Positions 40,545-52,155 of a stretch of DNA of 64,000 nucleotides are shown here, one piece after another. The position numbers and the translations under genes were made by a program. The DNA lies in assembly GCA_011109175.1 (NCBI GenBank), contig RDEW01000017.1, forward strand, positions 751,855 through 815,854, written 5' to 3'. Under the pieces are notes generated by a model. The model had not been told where the DNA came from. It made no database searches and saw nothing but the letters and a program-made list of their open reading frames with translations. The first letter of the stretch is position 1. Every line of letters begins with the position of its first letter. This stretch comes from Dicyema japonicum (Eukaryota > Animalia > Dicyemida).

Positions 40545-40620
40545 TGTGGTTCTTTTTCATGTGTGCTGTGTAGGGCACAGGCACAACCAAATGACACCTC
40601 TTGGTGAACCACAACGTCAT
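40545..40620 (-). ncRNA. Candidate HDV-like ribozyme fold at LINE 5' end (atypical L3)
   Basis: P1 ATGAC/GTCAT, P2 TGTGGTTC/GAACCACA (8 bp), P3 ACC/GGT, P4 TGTG-CTGTG/CACAG-CACA, in HDV nested order; activity unknown. Confidence 0.45.
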
Positions 40621-41224
40621 AATTGACTAATATAGTTTTTTTTGCTTAATTAATTAATTAAATTTTGACATTCGTGGTTGATTTTCTGTTGTTTTTTTAA
40701 TAGAAATTAATAAAATAAATTTTAATAATTAAATTAATTTTAAGGATTTTTAAATTTATAAAATAACAACATAACGTAGTGATTATGGTTGTCATCTTAG
40801 ATGTTAAATACTCAACAGATCTTTGAGGATATTAAATCAGCTGGAACGTTTGAAGTTATTAGAAAGGAGTGTTTAGAATCATTATCTTCAACAGTTAATA
40901 TTTTAGTTTAAATCAAGCCATTTGATGATTTGAAAATTTTGATTGACGAAATTGTTGGGGATTACTATCATTGGAATTTAATTTTGAAACAAGACGGTCT
41001 TTTATCATAGATTTGATTGCTGAACAAATTAGCAGGTTAAATTTTTGCAAAAAAATAAATTTTTTAGAGCAGATCACTTTACGAGCAAATTGATAATATT
41101 GCTACTCAACTAATTAAACGTAACATGGATGAAAAATTGTTCCCCGTATAATGAAATTATCGATCGACATTTAAAATTTAATTCAAAATAAAATTAAATT
41201 TTTTAATTTTTTTCTTAAGGAACT

Positions 41225-41370
41225 GATCCAGAGGGAGTTACCGTCAGTTCAAGGTGGAGGGAGGATATCACCCAAACAGGTGGCGCCCCAGGCGAGGTAT
41301 CTACCGCTTGCCGTATGAAAAGAGTTGTCCATCTGGTCTTTTGTTAGCTGAGGCCTGTCCGAGAGGCTCA
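41225..41370 (-). mobile_element. CRE-like REL fragment
   Basis: EPLG..KRPDG..GRYLAWGATC. Confidence 0.6.
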
Positions 41371-41374
41371 AAAC

Positions 41375-41560
41375 TTTTTATTATTCAGTTAGAATCTCGA
41401 GATCACCGAGAAAGACAGAAAAAAACGTCAAACAGTTATGTGATACCAGTTCCCACAATCAACTGCGCCATCCAACGTCTTGGTCTTCCATTGTTCCCAC
41501 TACTGTACGAAAGAGCCTTCTCGCATTCCTGCAAATGGAATCCACAAAAGAACGATATAC
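41375..41560 (-). mobile_element. Vingi-like LINE 3' tip
   Basis: GTGIT* (41436-41450) and TCTCGGTGATCTCGAGATT (41393-41411); homologous to 55040-55198. Confidence 0.75.
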
Positions 41561-41564
41561 TAAC

Positions 41565-41870
41565 CTAGGTCACGATTGTGCCACACGTTTCGAATTTTTT
41601 TAACTAGACGTCTCCATCAGCCTCTGCTGTGTACATCTGTTAGTAGATCTTCTAGGTCTTCCGCACATTTAAGTTTTCTTCCAATTCCATTAAGACCCTT
41701 GTTTAAAGCCACAGAGTGTGACTCTAGGCCTTCCTCTGAACGATGTTTTGTTCTTATTGTTCAAGTAATTGTCCGTTATTATATTTGCAGGGGGCGTTTA
41801 TGTGCATTCTAAGCACGTGTTAAACAGTCTCCACCATGATTCAATAATATCGATGTTTATTGCCATAGAT
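41565..41870 (-). mobile_element. RTE 3' fragment
   Basis: FRGRPRVTL..LKCAEDLEDL..WRRLV. Confidence 0.65.
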
Positions 41871-41909
41871 TCTGCCAGAGTATAATTTCTTATTTAATTA
41901 TTCTATTTT

Positions 41910-44740
41910 GGTTGAGCTGGTGACGTGGCTCTATTGCACACATGTCTTTTTCGTGCTTTTCTTCGGATCTTTCACTATTAGCTCGTTCAATGTAAGAGGA
42001 TTAAAGTCGGATACTAAAAGAAGAAATTTATGTTTGGATCGTACAAGGTAACCATGGCGTGCTTACAGGAAACGAAAGTAAAAGGCGGACTAGATGAAAT
42101 CAACAATGATTTCCGCCTGATAATGCACCCTTTGAATTGCCCACACTACGGCATGGGATTTGCAATACGAAAAAACTGAACAATCGAATCCACAAGACGT
42201 GGAGGGTGAGCGATAGAATGTGTGTTTTACAATTAAAATACGATGAAAGGAACAATTCTATAATCTCCATTATTAATGTATGTGCACCAACTTCGGTGAG
42301 AGTATCAATCAATGGAGACGAACTAGACGACTTCTATTCCTCCTTGTCCCAAGTATATATATCTTTGGAAACATCGTTCATAATATACATTGCCGGAGAT
42401 TGGAACGCAAAGGCAGGACGTGGGAGTAGTCACGAAGAATTCATGGGAAGCCATGGAAGGGGATCAGGAACCATTCAGGAGAATCGCTTATCGAATTTTG
42501 CAATACATTCAAACTATTTCTATGCAATACTGCTTTCAGGCACTCAGCAAGACATAAGACGACATGGAGCTGCTACCGAAAGGACAAATCTGGGACTATC
42601 AAGCCTATATATAACCAAATAGATTACATTATCTGCAAACAAGCCTACAAGGCACTGCTAACAGATTCTCGGAGCTACAGTGGGACACTAGTAGATAGTG
42701 ATCACAGATTGGTTGTGGCACGTTTCCTTTTCAAACGATATTTTGGGGTTTCCAAAGCGGCTGGCATGAGGATATCTGAGGGGAGGTTCGCAGTAGAGCA
42801 ACTCTGCATGGTGGGACCGACTCGGGAAAGCTATCAAAATACATTGAGAGAAAAGATCAGACAGTGGAATAAAGAAAAAATGCCTGGGGAGCTGTGGCAA
42901 GACACCATCGATGCAATAAAGTGCGCGGCCCATTCAACAGTTGGAGTAAAACCGAAGCATTTCAACGGGCACTATGACCACGAGCTTGAAGAACTATCCA
43001 AATTGCAGAGGAACCTACGTTTACAGGTCGAAACCTGTCAGGACCAGGCAAAGGAACACACTCTAAGAGTCATGCGGAACCAAACCTGTATAAAATAAAG
43101 AAAAGAACGAGGGAAATAAAGGAAAATAAACTTGCTGGAATGGCTAAAGAAGTAGAAAGACTCAAAAACGGAGCGCAGATGTTCAAGGCTGTTCACCTAC
43201 TACATAGAGACACGCAGTCATCAAAAATCACAATACATTGACAGTTTGGAAAGACTATGTTAAACAAAAATGAAATTCTATCGGCCATATCCAGCCATTA
43301 TCAGCAGGCCTTCAATCAAAACCACGGGGAAAAATCAAACAATTCGATGGTGAAGCACGAGAACTAAATATTCCGATAACGATTCTGGAAACAAAAAAAG
43401 CCCTGGACAAACTGAACAACAATAGAGCTGCTGGCCCTGACAACATAAATGCAGAACTTCTCAAATATGCACCGACCGAGATCTCTGAACTATTAACTGA
43501 GATATACAACAAAACATTCAAATACAACTCACCACTGGATGTGGGTAATGGCACACTAATTGCACTACAAAAACCGGGCAAAGCTAAAGGCCCCTTAACG
43601 AATTTAAGACCCATCGTACTATTGACGACTCTACGCAAGACACTATCACTTATAGTGCTGAACAGGATTGGATCTGACATCGAGAACTTTCTCTCTCACG
43701 GTCAAAGCGGATTCAGGTCAGGGAGATCTACAGCTGATGTGGTCTAGGGACATCGATGGCTCTGTGCAACATATTAAAAGTACAAGGGGCTACTGACATC
43801 CTTGGCATGGACATGTCCAAAGCCTTTGACTCTATACACAGAGGGAGATTTTTCGATATCTTAGAGAAGTTGGTTGACAATGACAGTGTCAGAATGATCC
43901 GTATATTACTTGGAACAACGCACTAAGTGTACGTTTTGGAAATTTGGAGTCTGTCCCATTCGAGACAACGTTCGGGGTACCGCAGGGAGATTCCTTGTCA
44001 CTGGTGCTTTTTGTCACATATCTGGAGGCGGCAATCAGAGACTTCAGACTATTAATTGGCGACTTACCTCAAACTGAAGTGATTTATGCAGATGATATCG
44101 ACTATATATCCAGCGACGAGAAAACATTAAACTATATACGGACAAGGATGCCAGATGTGCTAGAAAAATGGTTTATCAAAATCAATAAGAAAAAGACGGA
44201 GACAGCAACCATACGCCGTGAATTAACCCGAACTGATGAAAAATAGAGATACTGTAAAAAATTGGGGTCGTTGCTTGGAGACGCTGAGAATATCACTAAC
44301 AGGAAGATATTGGCTGTCGCGGCCTTTAGAAAAATGGGAGTAATCTGGAATCATCGTAAACAAATTAGCACACAATTACGTGTAAAACTATACAATGCCT
44401 TCGTGAAACCGGTCTCAATGTACAACGCTGCAACATGGGGTGTCTCAGAAGCGGTAATGGACAAACTAGATGCCTTCCATCGTAAACAACTCCGACTGTT
44501 GCTTGGCATCAACTGGCCAAAAAAATTACAAACAAGAATCTATACAAAGTATGTAATACAAGACCATTGAGTCTGGATATCCTTAAATCAAGATGGCGTC
44601 TGTTTGGCCACATCCTTCGAATGAGTCAGATGACGCTTGCTAAAAAAGCAATGGAGAACTATTTCTGCCCAGAAGTGAATACCTCGTTCCGTGGAAGACC
44701 TGTAGAAAATACGGCACAAAGCGGAACCTTATTTAAATAA
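41910..44740 (+). mobile_element. RTE LINE, near full length, frameshifted
   Basis: SFNVRGL, CLQETK, GDWNAK, SDHRLV, LRPIVLL, DMSKAFDS, GVPQGDSLS, YADD, YNAATW; 5' motif TGAGCTGGTGACGTG at 41913-41927. Confidence 0.9.
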
Positions 44741-44834
44741 ATTACATTTTTGGTTCTTCGAAAGTTACTATTAATAATAATAATTCTTTGACAAACTACG
44801 TAAATTTCTAGGCCCAGTAAATTACGTAATTTTT

Positions 44835-45230
44835 TCGATGAAATATTATCCATTTTCTTTGAGCTCTAGCCTATGTGTTCAGTCTTTTCCTGATTAACCC
44901 GAAGAGACCAATTCTTAAATTCTTCATAGATTTTTTTCTAAAACAAGTCCAATTACCTGACACAAAATTTATGTTATCTGCATATGTAATCTCCATCGGC
45001 ATGCATCCTTCACATTTTGTTCCAAGAGCTCTCAGTGCTGCCTCCAGGTATACGACGAATAGAACCGGAGATAGAGTCCCCTTGAAGTATTCCAACTGTT
45101 GTTCGAAAAACATCGATATCGTGTTCCCAACCCGTACAGTTAATTCAGTATAAGACAATAGGAAACAAATAAGTCTTGTGTTATCCTCATCAAGGAAACT
45201 TCCAACAATATTTTTCTGGACATGTCCACT
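44835..45230 (-). mobile_element. RTE RT fragment
   Basis: GTLSPVLFVVYLEAALR..ITYADN. Confidence 0.7.
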
Positions 45231-45899
45231 ACCAGAATTTTAAAATCATTTAAAAAGGTGTGGTATTTTAATTAATTTTATAAGGTGTGAAAACCACTTT
45301 TTGATATTTTTATTAAACGTTAGCAATTTCTGAATTTAAAAAAAACATCTTAGTGAAATTAGAGGTGGGGATGTCTTCTCTTTTTGCCTACAATTTTAAA
45401 ATGGTCGCTTTTATTGAATAAAACATTAATTTTTAGTAACTAATCTAGTTAGTATCAAAGTTGAGTTAATTATTATTATAGATTTAATTTATGATAAAAT
45501 GAATAAAGTTTAATTAACATAGGTTCTGCATCGAAAGGCCTGGACTCTTCACTGAGGTCAATCTTCAATCGTTAATAAGCTGGATATACGATTGCAGATT
45601 ACAGCTCTCCATACGGAAGACCACTATTCTCTCTTTTACAGTCATCTTCACTATTCTCAGGAATCTCTACTGGTCCCCATTTAGCTTCACATCGGACATC
45701 AACTATAGAGAAAACTATAGCCAATCTCTGTTTTTTCCAGCATCAAAATAAAATTTTTCTTGGAGATAAAAATCCTTTGCTCCCATCTAATATAAAAAAA
45801 AGTTTTTTTTCATGGAAATTAAATATCATATTTCATTAATAGCTTTTTAATAACCAAAAATTAGGTTTTATTTTTTAATGAAAATACAGATTCTATTTT

Positions 45900-46520
45900 T
45901 AAAACCTGGGAAATGTGGCTTGGTGTTTGTCCATTACCACCAAACTATTTGACAGTTGTTTTGAAGTAAAGTTCTTCCAATAATGGATCAATCTCTCATG
46001 CTTTCCTTATAATTCCTCGATAAATGTAAAAAAACCCAGCCATCTCAACCACAGCCTTTAGCATTTCACAAATATCAGAATCACACAAACCATCGGATAC
46101 GAAATTTGCATTTTCGAATTTTTTCAAAATAGAGGCCACTCATTCACGCTTCAAAATGATCCACGACTAAGTTTCTACTATTTCTGTCAAAAGCATTTGT
46201 ATCAACAAGCTTTTGTGCTTTCAGCTATTGATCACTGATGAAAGCGATATTTCCCTACATCTGGAGTTCGAGTCCTTTTGCTACACTTTCGTTGTGGCTA
46301 CCATTCATCTTCACAAGACTATGTGAACAAAATTGGGAATTGGATTTATAATTGTGCCTTCTTGTCTCATTGGCTTCCTGTGCCATTTTTTTGTCATAGC
46401 TCATTTTCAATTTTCTGACAAATCAGATAATTCTCATTTATCTCTAAAAGCGTCTGCTTTGCAGCTGTTATTTTTATGTTGGCAACCAGTTGAAAGGATA
46501 AGGTAAATAAGTAGATTCTG
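45900..46520 (-). mobile_element. Probable Tc1/IS630-type DDE transposase relic
   Basis: NSLVVMDK (cf. NSVIVMDNA.YH) at ~45930-45950; otherwise eroded. Confidence 0.3.
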
Positions 46521-46789
46521 ACTCAAAAATCCGATTTTTATTTAATTTATTGTGTTTGTTTTTAATTTAATGACATTGAACAAAGGAAACACTTTGCAAT
46601 AAAAAAAATCAATTCTTAAAAATTTTAGCAGTATATTTAAATCAAGGACTTAATATAATTTTAATCCTAATCATTTTTCGTCTATGATTTTCTTTAATAC
46701 GACTTAAAGCATATTTCTATATCATGTTCATACTAAATTAAAATAGCTGAATAGCTTCTAATCAAAATAAATTTTAATTAATGTTGCAA

Positions 46790-47108
46790 TAATTAAACCA
46801 CAAAAGCATGATGATGCAATTTTAATTATAAATATACGCTTCGAGGAACAGTAGAAATGGAAAAAAATGTTGTTCTATATCTTATAATATTTAGCTTTGG
46901 AAAGAGGCATCTGATCAGGGAAGATTGCACGAATTTTTTCTTGAACATACTGGAATCTCAATTGAAGACTGGAATAATGCATCTGATAATACTTTTTTTG
47001 CTCATGAAAAATTTAGAATGTCGAAAGAAGCGTGTGACTTTTTTCATAGTAGGTAAGTAAAGATGATTGTCATTAATACTTAGATTTGCTCCTTTAAAAG
47101 ATGATTAA
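46790..47108 (+). CDS. Small (~85-95 aa) spliced orphan protein
   Basis: Introns 46869-46894 and 47053-47083 join a clean frame ..MEKNLWKEASDQGRLHEFFLEHTGISIEDWNNASDNTFFAHEKFRMSKEACDFFHSRFAPLKDD*; start uncertain. Confidence 0.55.
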
Positions 47109-47629
47109 TTGTATAAAAATATTCTCTATAATGCCTGCATTAGATATAAATTACTGTAACTCAAATTAAATATAAATAATTTGTACATTTTCGACTTGTT
47201 CTGTAGTTTAACTTTTCGTTGATCTAATGTTGAAAATTAATCTAAATATCGATATATCCGAAGTCCTCTTATAGGACTAACTCTTCTTGCTTGATTAAGT
47301 AAACTCAAAACTCAGTGAACTCAAAACCCTCGTCCACCGAACTATCAGAACTGACAACTTTTTATTTCGAGTGTGATCTACTTGTCATTGTCAACTCCTA
47401 CATCACACACTTCAGTTTTTTAAATCAAGAATAAGGTCCAAAAGCATTTTCTCCTCATAAAAGAGAAGGATCGTAGACCTCTTCGAGGTTATCACAAGGA
47501 AGATATAATCTTTGTTTATTTGCTGGTTTAAGATTTATTCGATGTTTAGTTAGCTGAATCAACCAATTTATAATCGTGGATCAAGAACTTCAATACAAAT
47601 CTAACGAACTTCTTCATTATTTAATTTAA

Positions 47630-47925
47630 GTATCACTTTGGAGACGGACATTTCGCTAGAAGGAAGAATCGTAAAACAGATTGGCGTTCTTTGGGGATGT
47701 TGTCCGTTCTGATTCCCTGGAAAGGACCATTATGCTGAGCAATATTACTGGGAAGAAGAAGACCTTGTAGACCGAGGACTTGGTGGCTATCCACAGTAGA
47801 AGACGTCACGGGAATGCCTACATCAAGGCTACTCCAAATTGCGACGGATCGAGGAGAGTGGAGAAAATTGATTTATGAAATCTCCAAGGGTCGGACATGA
47901 CTTTATTTGGATAACATAACAACAC
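47630..47925 (+). mobile_element. RTE (BovB-like) 3' end
   Basis: RSDSLERTIML..RPRTWW..ATDRGEWRKLIYEISKGRT. Confidence 0.7.
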
Positions 47926-48820
47926 TTTTCAACGTGAAATAAGAAATCTTATGACAAAAACAATCAATTCAGTAATTACTGATTTATAAAGGACCTCCAT
48001 TTTTAGTTTCTGTAACCGTGGAATCTGGTGTTATTATTATTATTAGAAAATTCTGATCTACAATGTTTTTCTGATATCAACTCATGCAGCAAACAGTCTG
48101 TTTTTGTTAATTTTATTAATTGATCTGTAATGAAAGATTTTTCTTAGCCCACTGAACCCATTTCCTTAAGGATTTGTTGTTGTGCCCTTAAAATAAATAA
48201 TAAAATTTCCTTTTACCCATCTTGTTTTCAGAGAGGAGACTAAAAGCCCCATATATTCCCCGAGTTTTCGATCAATACATTTTATCGTCACGTGATAATT
48301 AGTTTTGTTTTACCGTGGTCTTGGATTAAATAAATAAAATTAAAAATCGTAAATTTATACAGTGACGCCATGCATGTTGTAGACCTTAGATCCTTGTGAG
48401 AACACATATTTTCACATTTAGAGATCAAATAAGTAATCCCTATTTAGAACTAGTCACTGTGAATGGATTCTCAATTTATAATTTTCACTATTTCGTTGAA
48501 AATTAAAACGTGGAATAAGTTAAATTTCTTCACAGAAGTTATAACTTAGCTTTCAATAATCAGACTTAGTTATTTCGTTTCCAAAACGGGACTTGAAACC
48601 TAACATAATAGCCCATCTTCCTATAGGAACACGAGTAAATTTCCTTCGAATGGCTTCCAATAAATCGGTTTCCCACATCTTTTTATCTTTGATAATACAA
48701 CTGGTAATAATTACTGAATCTTGGATTATCAATTAAAGAAGGCTCCGTAGACCCGTCGACACGAAATTGAGGCTGAACAGGTTCCATACCCTTTTGCTGT
48801 GAAACTTTCGGTGCAGTAGT

Positions 48821-49236
48821 GACTATTATTATTATTACTAACCCCAGGCTTACAATGGTAAGCCCAGCACAAACAGTCATAACTAATTAATCCAAGGAAG
48901 GACATCTGCTTTGCCGACCAAATCCATCTTCCGATACTTCATTACATGCTTTCCGCTTCAGAAGAGAGGTAGAGAAGTAGGTTCGCCCTCTTCCATTTCG
49001 TTGCTCGTCCTACCGTAGCGGACATCACTTCATTCTTCGGCGGAATAGTTTTCATAATGTAATCTTCATCAGATGATTTGGTTAAGGAGAAGGTAGGAAG
49101 ATCTTTTTTAACTACTTTGTCGTGCCAGAAGGACTCGTCGCCTCATGGGTGGGATCTGTTTGACAAGAATTGACCTTTGCGAAAACTCCATCTTTCGGAT
49201 TCGAACCCACGACTATCAGATCCGATGTCATCAGAC
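48821..49236 (-). mobile_element. SINE copy 2 with 10-bp TSD
   Basis: TSD gtgcagtagt at 48811-48820 and 49237-49246 (the rejoined target reads LDYCTE, a CR1-like relic); B box GGTTCGAATCC at 49197-49207; 3' hairpin at 48847-48864; (TAA)n tail. Confidence 0.85.
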
Positions 49237-49403
49237 GTGCAGTAGTCTAGGTTTGTTAATGAAAAAAGATTTTACGCAAAAACCATATTTAAATCCTTTT
49301 TTGTTTAATTTAAATTATAGATATTTTAATTGACACCAGCTGCCAAGAGACAATGAGCATTGCCGTGAACGATAGCAATTTGAGGAGTTTTAGTTTAAAA
49401 TAT

Positions 49404-51130
49404 TTTTTTATTAACCCAAAATCACCAACAGTTAATTAAAGGAATCAATTAATTAGGTGATTTCGACAACTCTGAAGAAGCTCCTTAACTATTCCCGATG
49501 TTGGACTTTTGATCCAGCACAGCTACTGATTGGGCGGGAGGCAGTGTTTCTCATATTTCTTCGGTGTGATGTATTTTTTATTTCTGCTTTTAGGGGTGGA
49601 ATGGTCTTTCTGTGGTAGGCACTTCAGTTTTCGAAGGGCTACGAAACCCTTTCCATTTTCGTGAATAAGATGGTCGAGAGTGGATGAAGATAATTCTTCC
49701 AGTTTTGTCAAGTGTTTTATTGACTTAGCCGCCTGGCGTAGACAGGCTTCGATTTTCAGATAGTTCGTCCATGAGAGGTTTGTTCCCCATGAAACGCAGG
49801 TATAGACAATAGTCGGCTTGATGAACTGTTTGTATAAGGATCCAAGGGGTGGAAAAGTATTCTGTTTAGACCTCCAAATAGCGATTTGATCAGTCCAATT
49901 TTCCTCTGGCAGGTCCCGATAGTCTTTTCAATATGGGGGAAACACATATGGGTATCGAATGTGATACCATAATCTTTGGGTTCTTTGTGAAAGGGATTTT
50001 CGTGTAGCCAATGTATAAGTAAATAGATCGGATTCCGAGTCTTTTATCCGATGTGAACAGAGTGGACGATTACTTCTCAGGGAAAACGTCCAGACGATTG
50101 TTTTTAGCCAGTTTTGCATTTTCAAGGAGTTCTTGGGTTTTCTCTGTTGCACGTATCACATCTTGAACGCGTGCTCCAAAGAGCAGATCGCCTGCATATG
50201 CAAGGGCAATTGTATTTTTGGCTTCCGGATTAGGCAGATCTGACAGGAACAGGTTGAATGGACCCGGAGACAACAGAGAGCTTTGGGGAACTCCATTTGG
50301 TAAAAGTCTTGATACCGACCTCGATCCATTCATACAGACCCGTCCTCTCCTTCCGCTGAGAAAGTTGGAAAGCCACATTTTTATGTTGGAATTGACTGGT
50401 AGACCAAATATTTTTTGAGTATGGATCTTTCTTGAGACTGAGCCGAATGCCTACTGAAGGTCGAGAGAGCATATGACTGATTTGAAGTGGGGTTAAGTGT
50501 CAAATCCTTCATGATGAACTGAGTTAATGAGGTAAGGTGTGTCGAAGTAGAGTGGTTGCTCCTGAAACCATGTTGTAGGTGAGTAAGAGGGAGAGCAGGG
50601 GTGATTAAACGTAGTATGAGCTTTTCAAGGACCTTCGAGGTCGAGCATAGTAAGGAGATGGGTTTATAAGAGGAGTGGGTGTTTTTTGGACTGCCCGGCT
50701 TGAGAATCGGGCATATGTGGGAATGTTTCCAGATATTTGGCATTTGATTTTGGTTAACGGAATAGTTAAAAATGTTCGTGACTGCTTCGATTCCGATGGG
50801 ACCCAGGTGTTTTAGCATGATTGCTAGTATCCAATCCGGTCCACACGATAAATATGATTTTTGTATTGGCAATCTCCGTCGCAACTTTAGTGTGGGTTAT
50901 GTTGATAGGTGAGCTTGATTTCTTTGCTCTTGTGGAGGCAAAATACGGGCTTATCCTCAGATATTTTCTGTGGCTGATCCCTGCATAATATTTCATAAGT
51001 ATGTTCAATTCGTGTTGATTTTTCTGTTCTGAGTTTGTGCACTGCTTGAAGGTCCGAATTTTTTGACAGCATTCTACATGCGTTGGGTAAATTTTTCTTT
51101 TCCAAGCATTTTGATTAGTTTTACCCATCT
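49404..51130 (-). mobile_element. Degenerate 5'-truncated Vingi-like LINE
   Basis: GPDWI..LKHLGP, YKPISLL, QHGFRSNHST, NGVPQSSLLSP; ends VEIT*, then TGTTGGTGATTTTGGGTTAATAA. Confidence 0.8.
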
Positions 51131-52155
51131 ATTTCTTGAGATTTAGCTAAGAAAATGAACCATAAGTTATGTATGCATTTAAATATTCTCGGGAATTTTT
51201 TAAAATACTAAATTATATGTAAAGGAATGCATAAATCACTTTATTAATAATCGTTAACTAATAAATCCAAGGGTCATACTGTAGACGCCTTGATTGGGTG
51301 GGTATTCCCTCTCAAGATTCCGAACGAGGTAGCCAGCAGCGGAATTGTTTGGAAACTCATTTTTATCTAAATCATTATAAAATTTCATGTTCAAGCTCAT
51401 CATAGCTGAAACCTGGGGATTCTAGGACCCAAATCGTTTTTCCTCTTAACTGCCATCAGATTGTTGATAGCAAAAAGAAGAGGGACAACCGAGAAGATTG
51501 AGCGTAAGAAGAAAGATTATAAAAATCGTAAAAGGGAACTTATCTCAGTCGTGAGAGCTGCTTATTATCTTATAACTTTTTTGAAATTTAATAAATCCTT
51601 ATTATCTTAATCAATCGATTTTACTCTTCTGGTCTATTAAGATGTATCGTCAAATTAATCATATGGGAACTCCACAAGTTGATTATATAAGAAATTAAAT
51701 CTTCGCCAAACTTCTTAACTCCATTTATAAAGTATTGATAGTTTCGATAAATACGATGTACATGCAAGTAATTTTGCATTTCAGTACAAAGTTTTTATTA
51801 TGTCAAACATATCGAAAAAATATGTGAAACTGATGTCTATTCGACCTTCTCCTCTACGTTATTTTTTATTTTTGAAAAAAAATATGATGACCCGTAATGA
51901 CCCATAATGACCCGTGACCCATGAAAAACCAAAATATCGACATAATTACCGCAAACTAACATGTTATCGAAATTCAGATTATAAATCAATATTTGAAAAC
52001 TAATATGACATTGATTTCCCGAAATTTTTCATTATGTTTCCGAAATGATCTATTCTTGGATAAAATTTCTTATTAAAGGCAACTACAATAGCGAATTAAC
52101 AAAAGAAATTTTATTAAAACAAGCAGAATGTAGTAATTATGAGAAATATTTAAAA

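Larger units (their letters stand above)
37390..40642 (-). mobile_element. Full-length single-ORF Ingi/Vingi-like LINE (2A-APE-RT), 3.25 kb
   Basis: 11-bp TSD tgcttaattaa at 37379-37389 and 40643-40653; ORF 37795..40620 (941 aa) continued by 37526..38008; GDIELNPGP, APE (QLNINGI, LQES, GDLN, SDHNP), RT (QHGFRP, DLTKAFD, GVPQGSVLSP, YADD); no ORF1 and no RNase H. Confidence 0.92.

Noticed and set aside
48990-49236. Hammerhead ribozyme in the SINE (CTGATGA..GAAA; GTCC..GGAC)
   Set aside because: Stem II does not close directly between CTGATGA and GAAA at either site, and the core is not conserved in copy 1.
51887-51924. ATGACCC(G/A) short tandem repeats as a transposon terminus or regulatory array
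   Set aside because: Only four imperfect units, and no matching inverted end was found.
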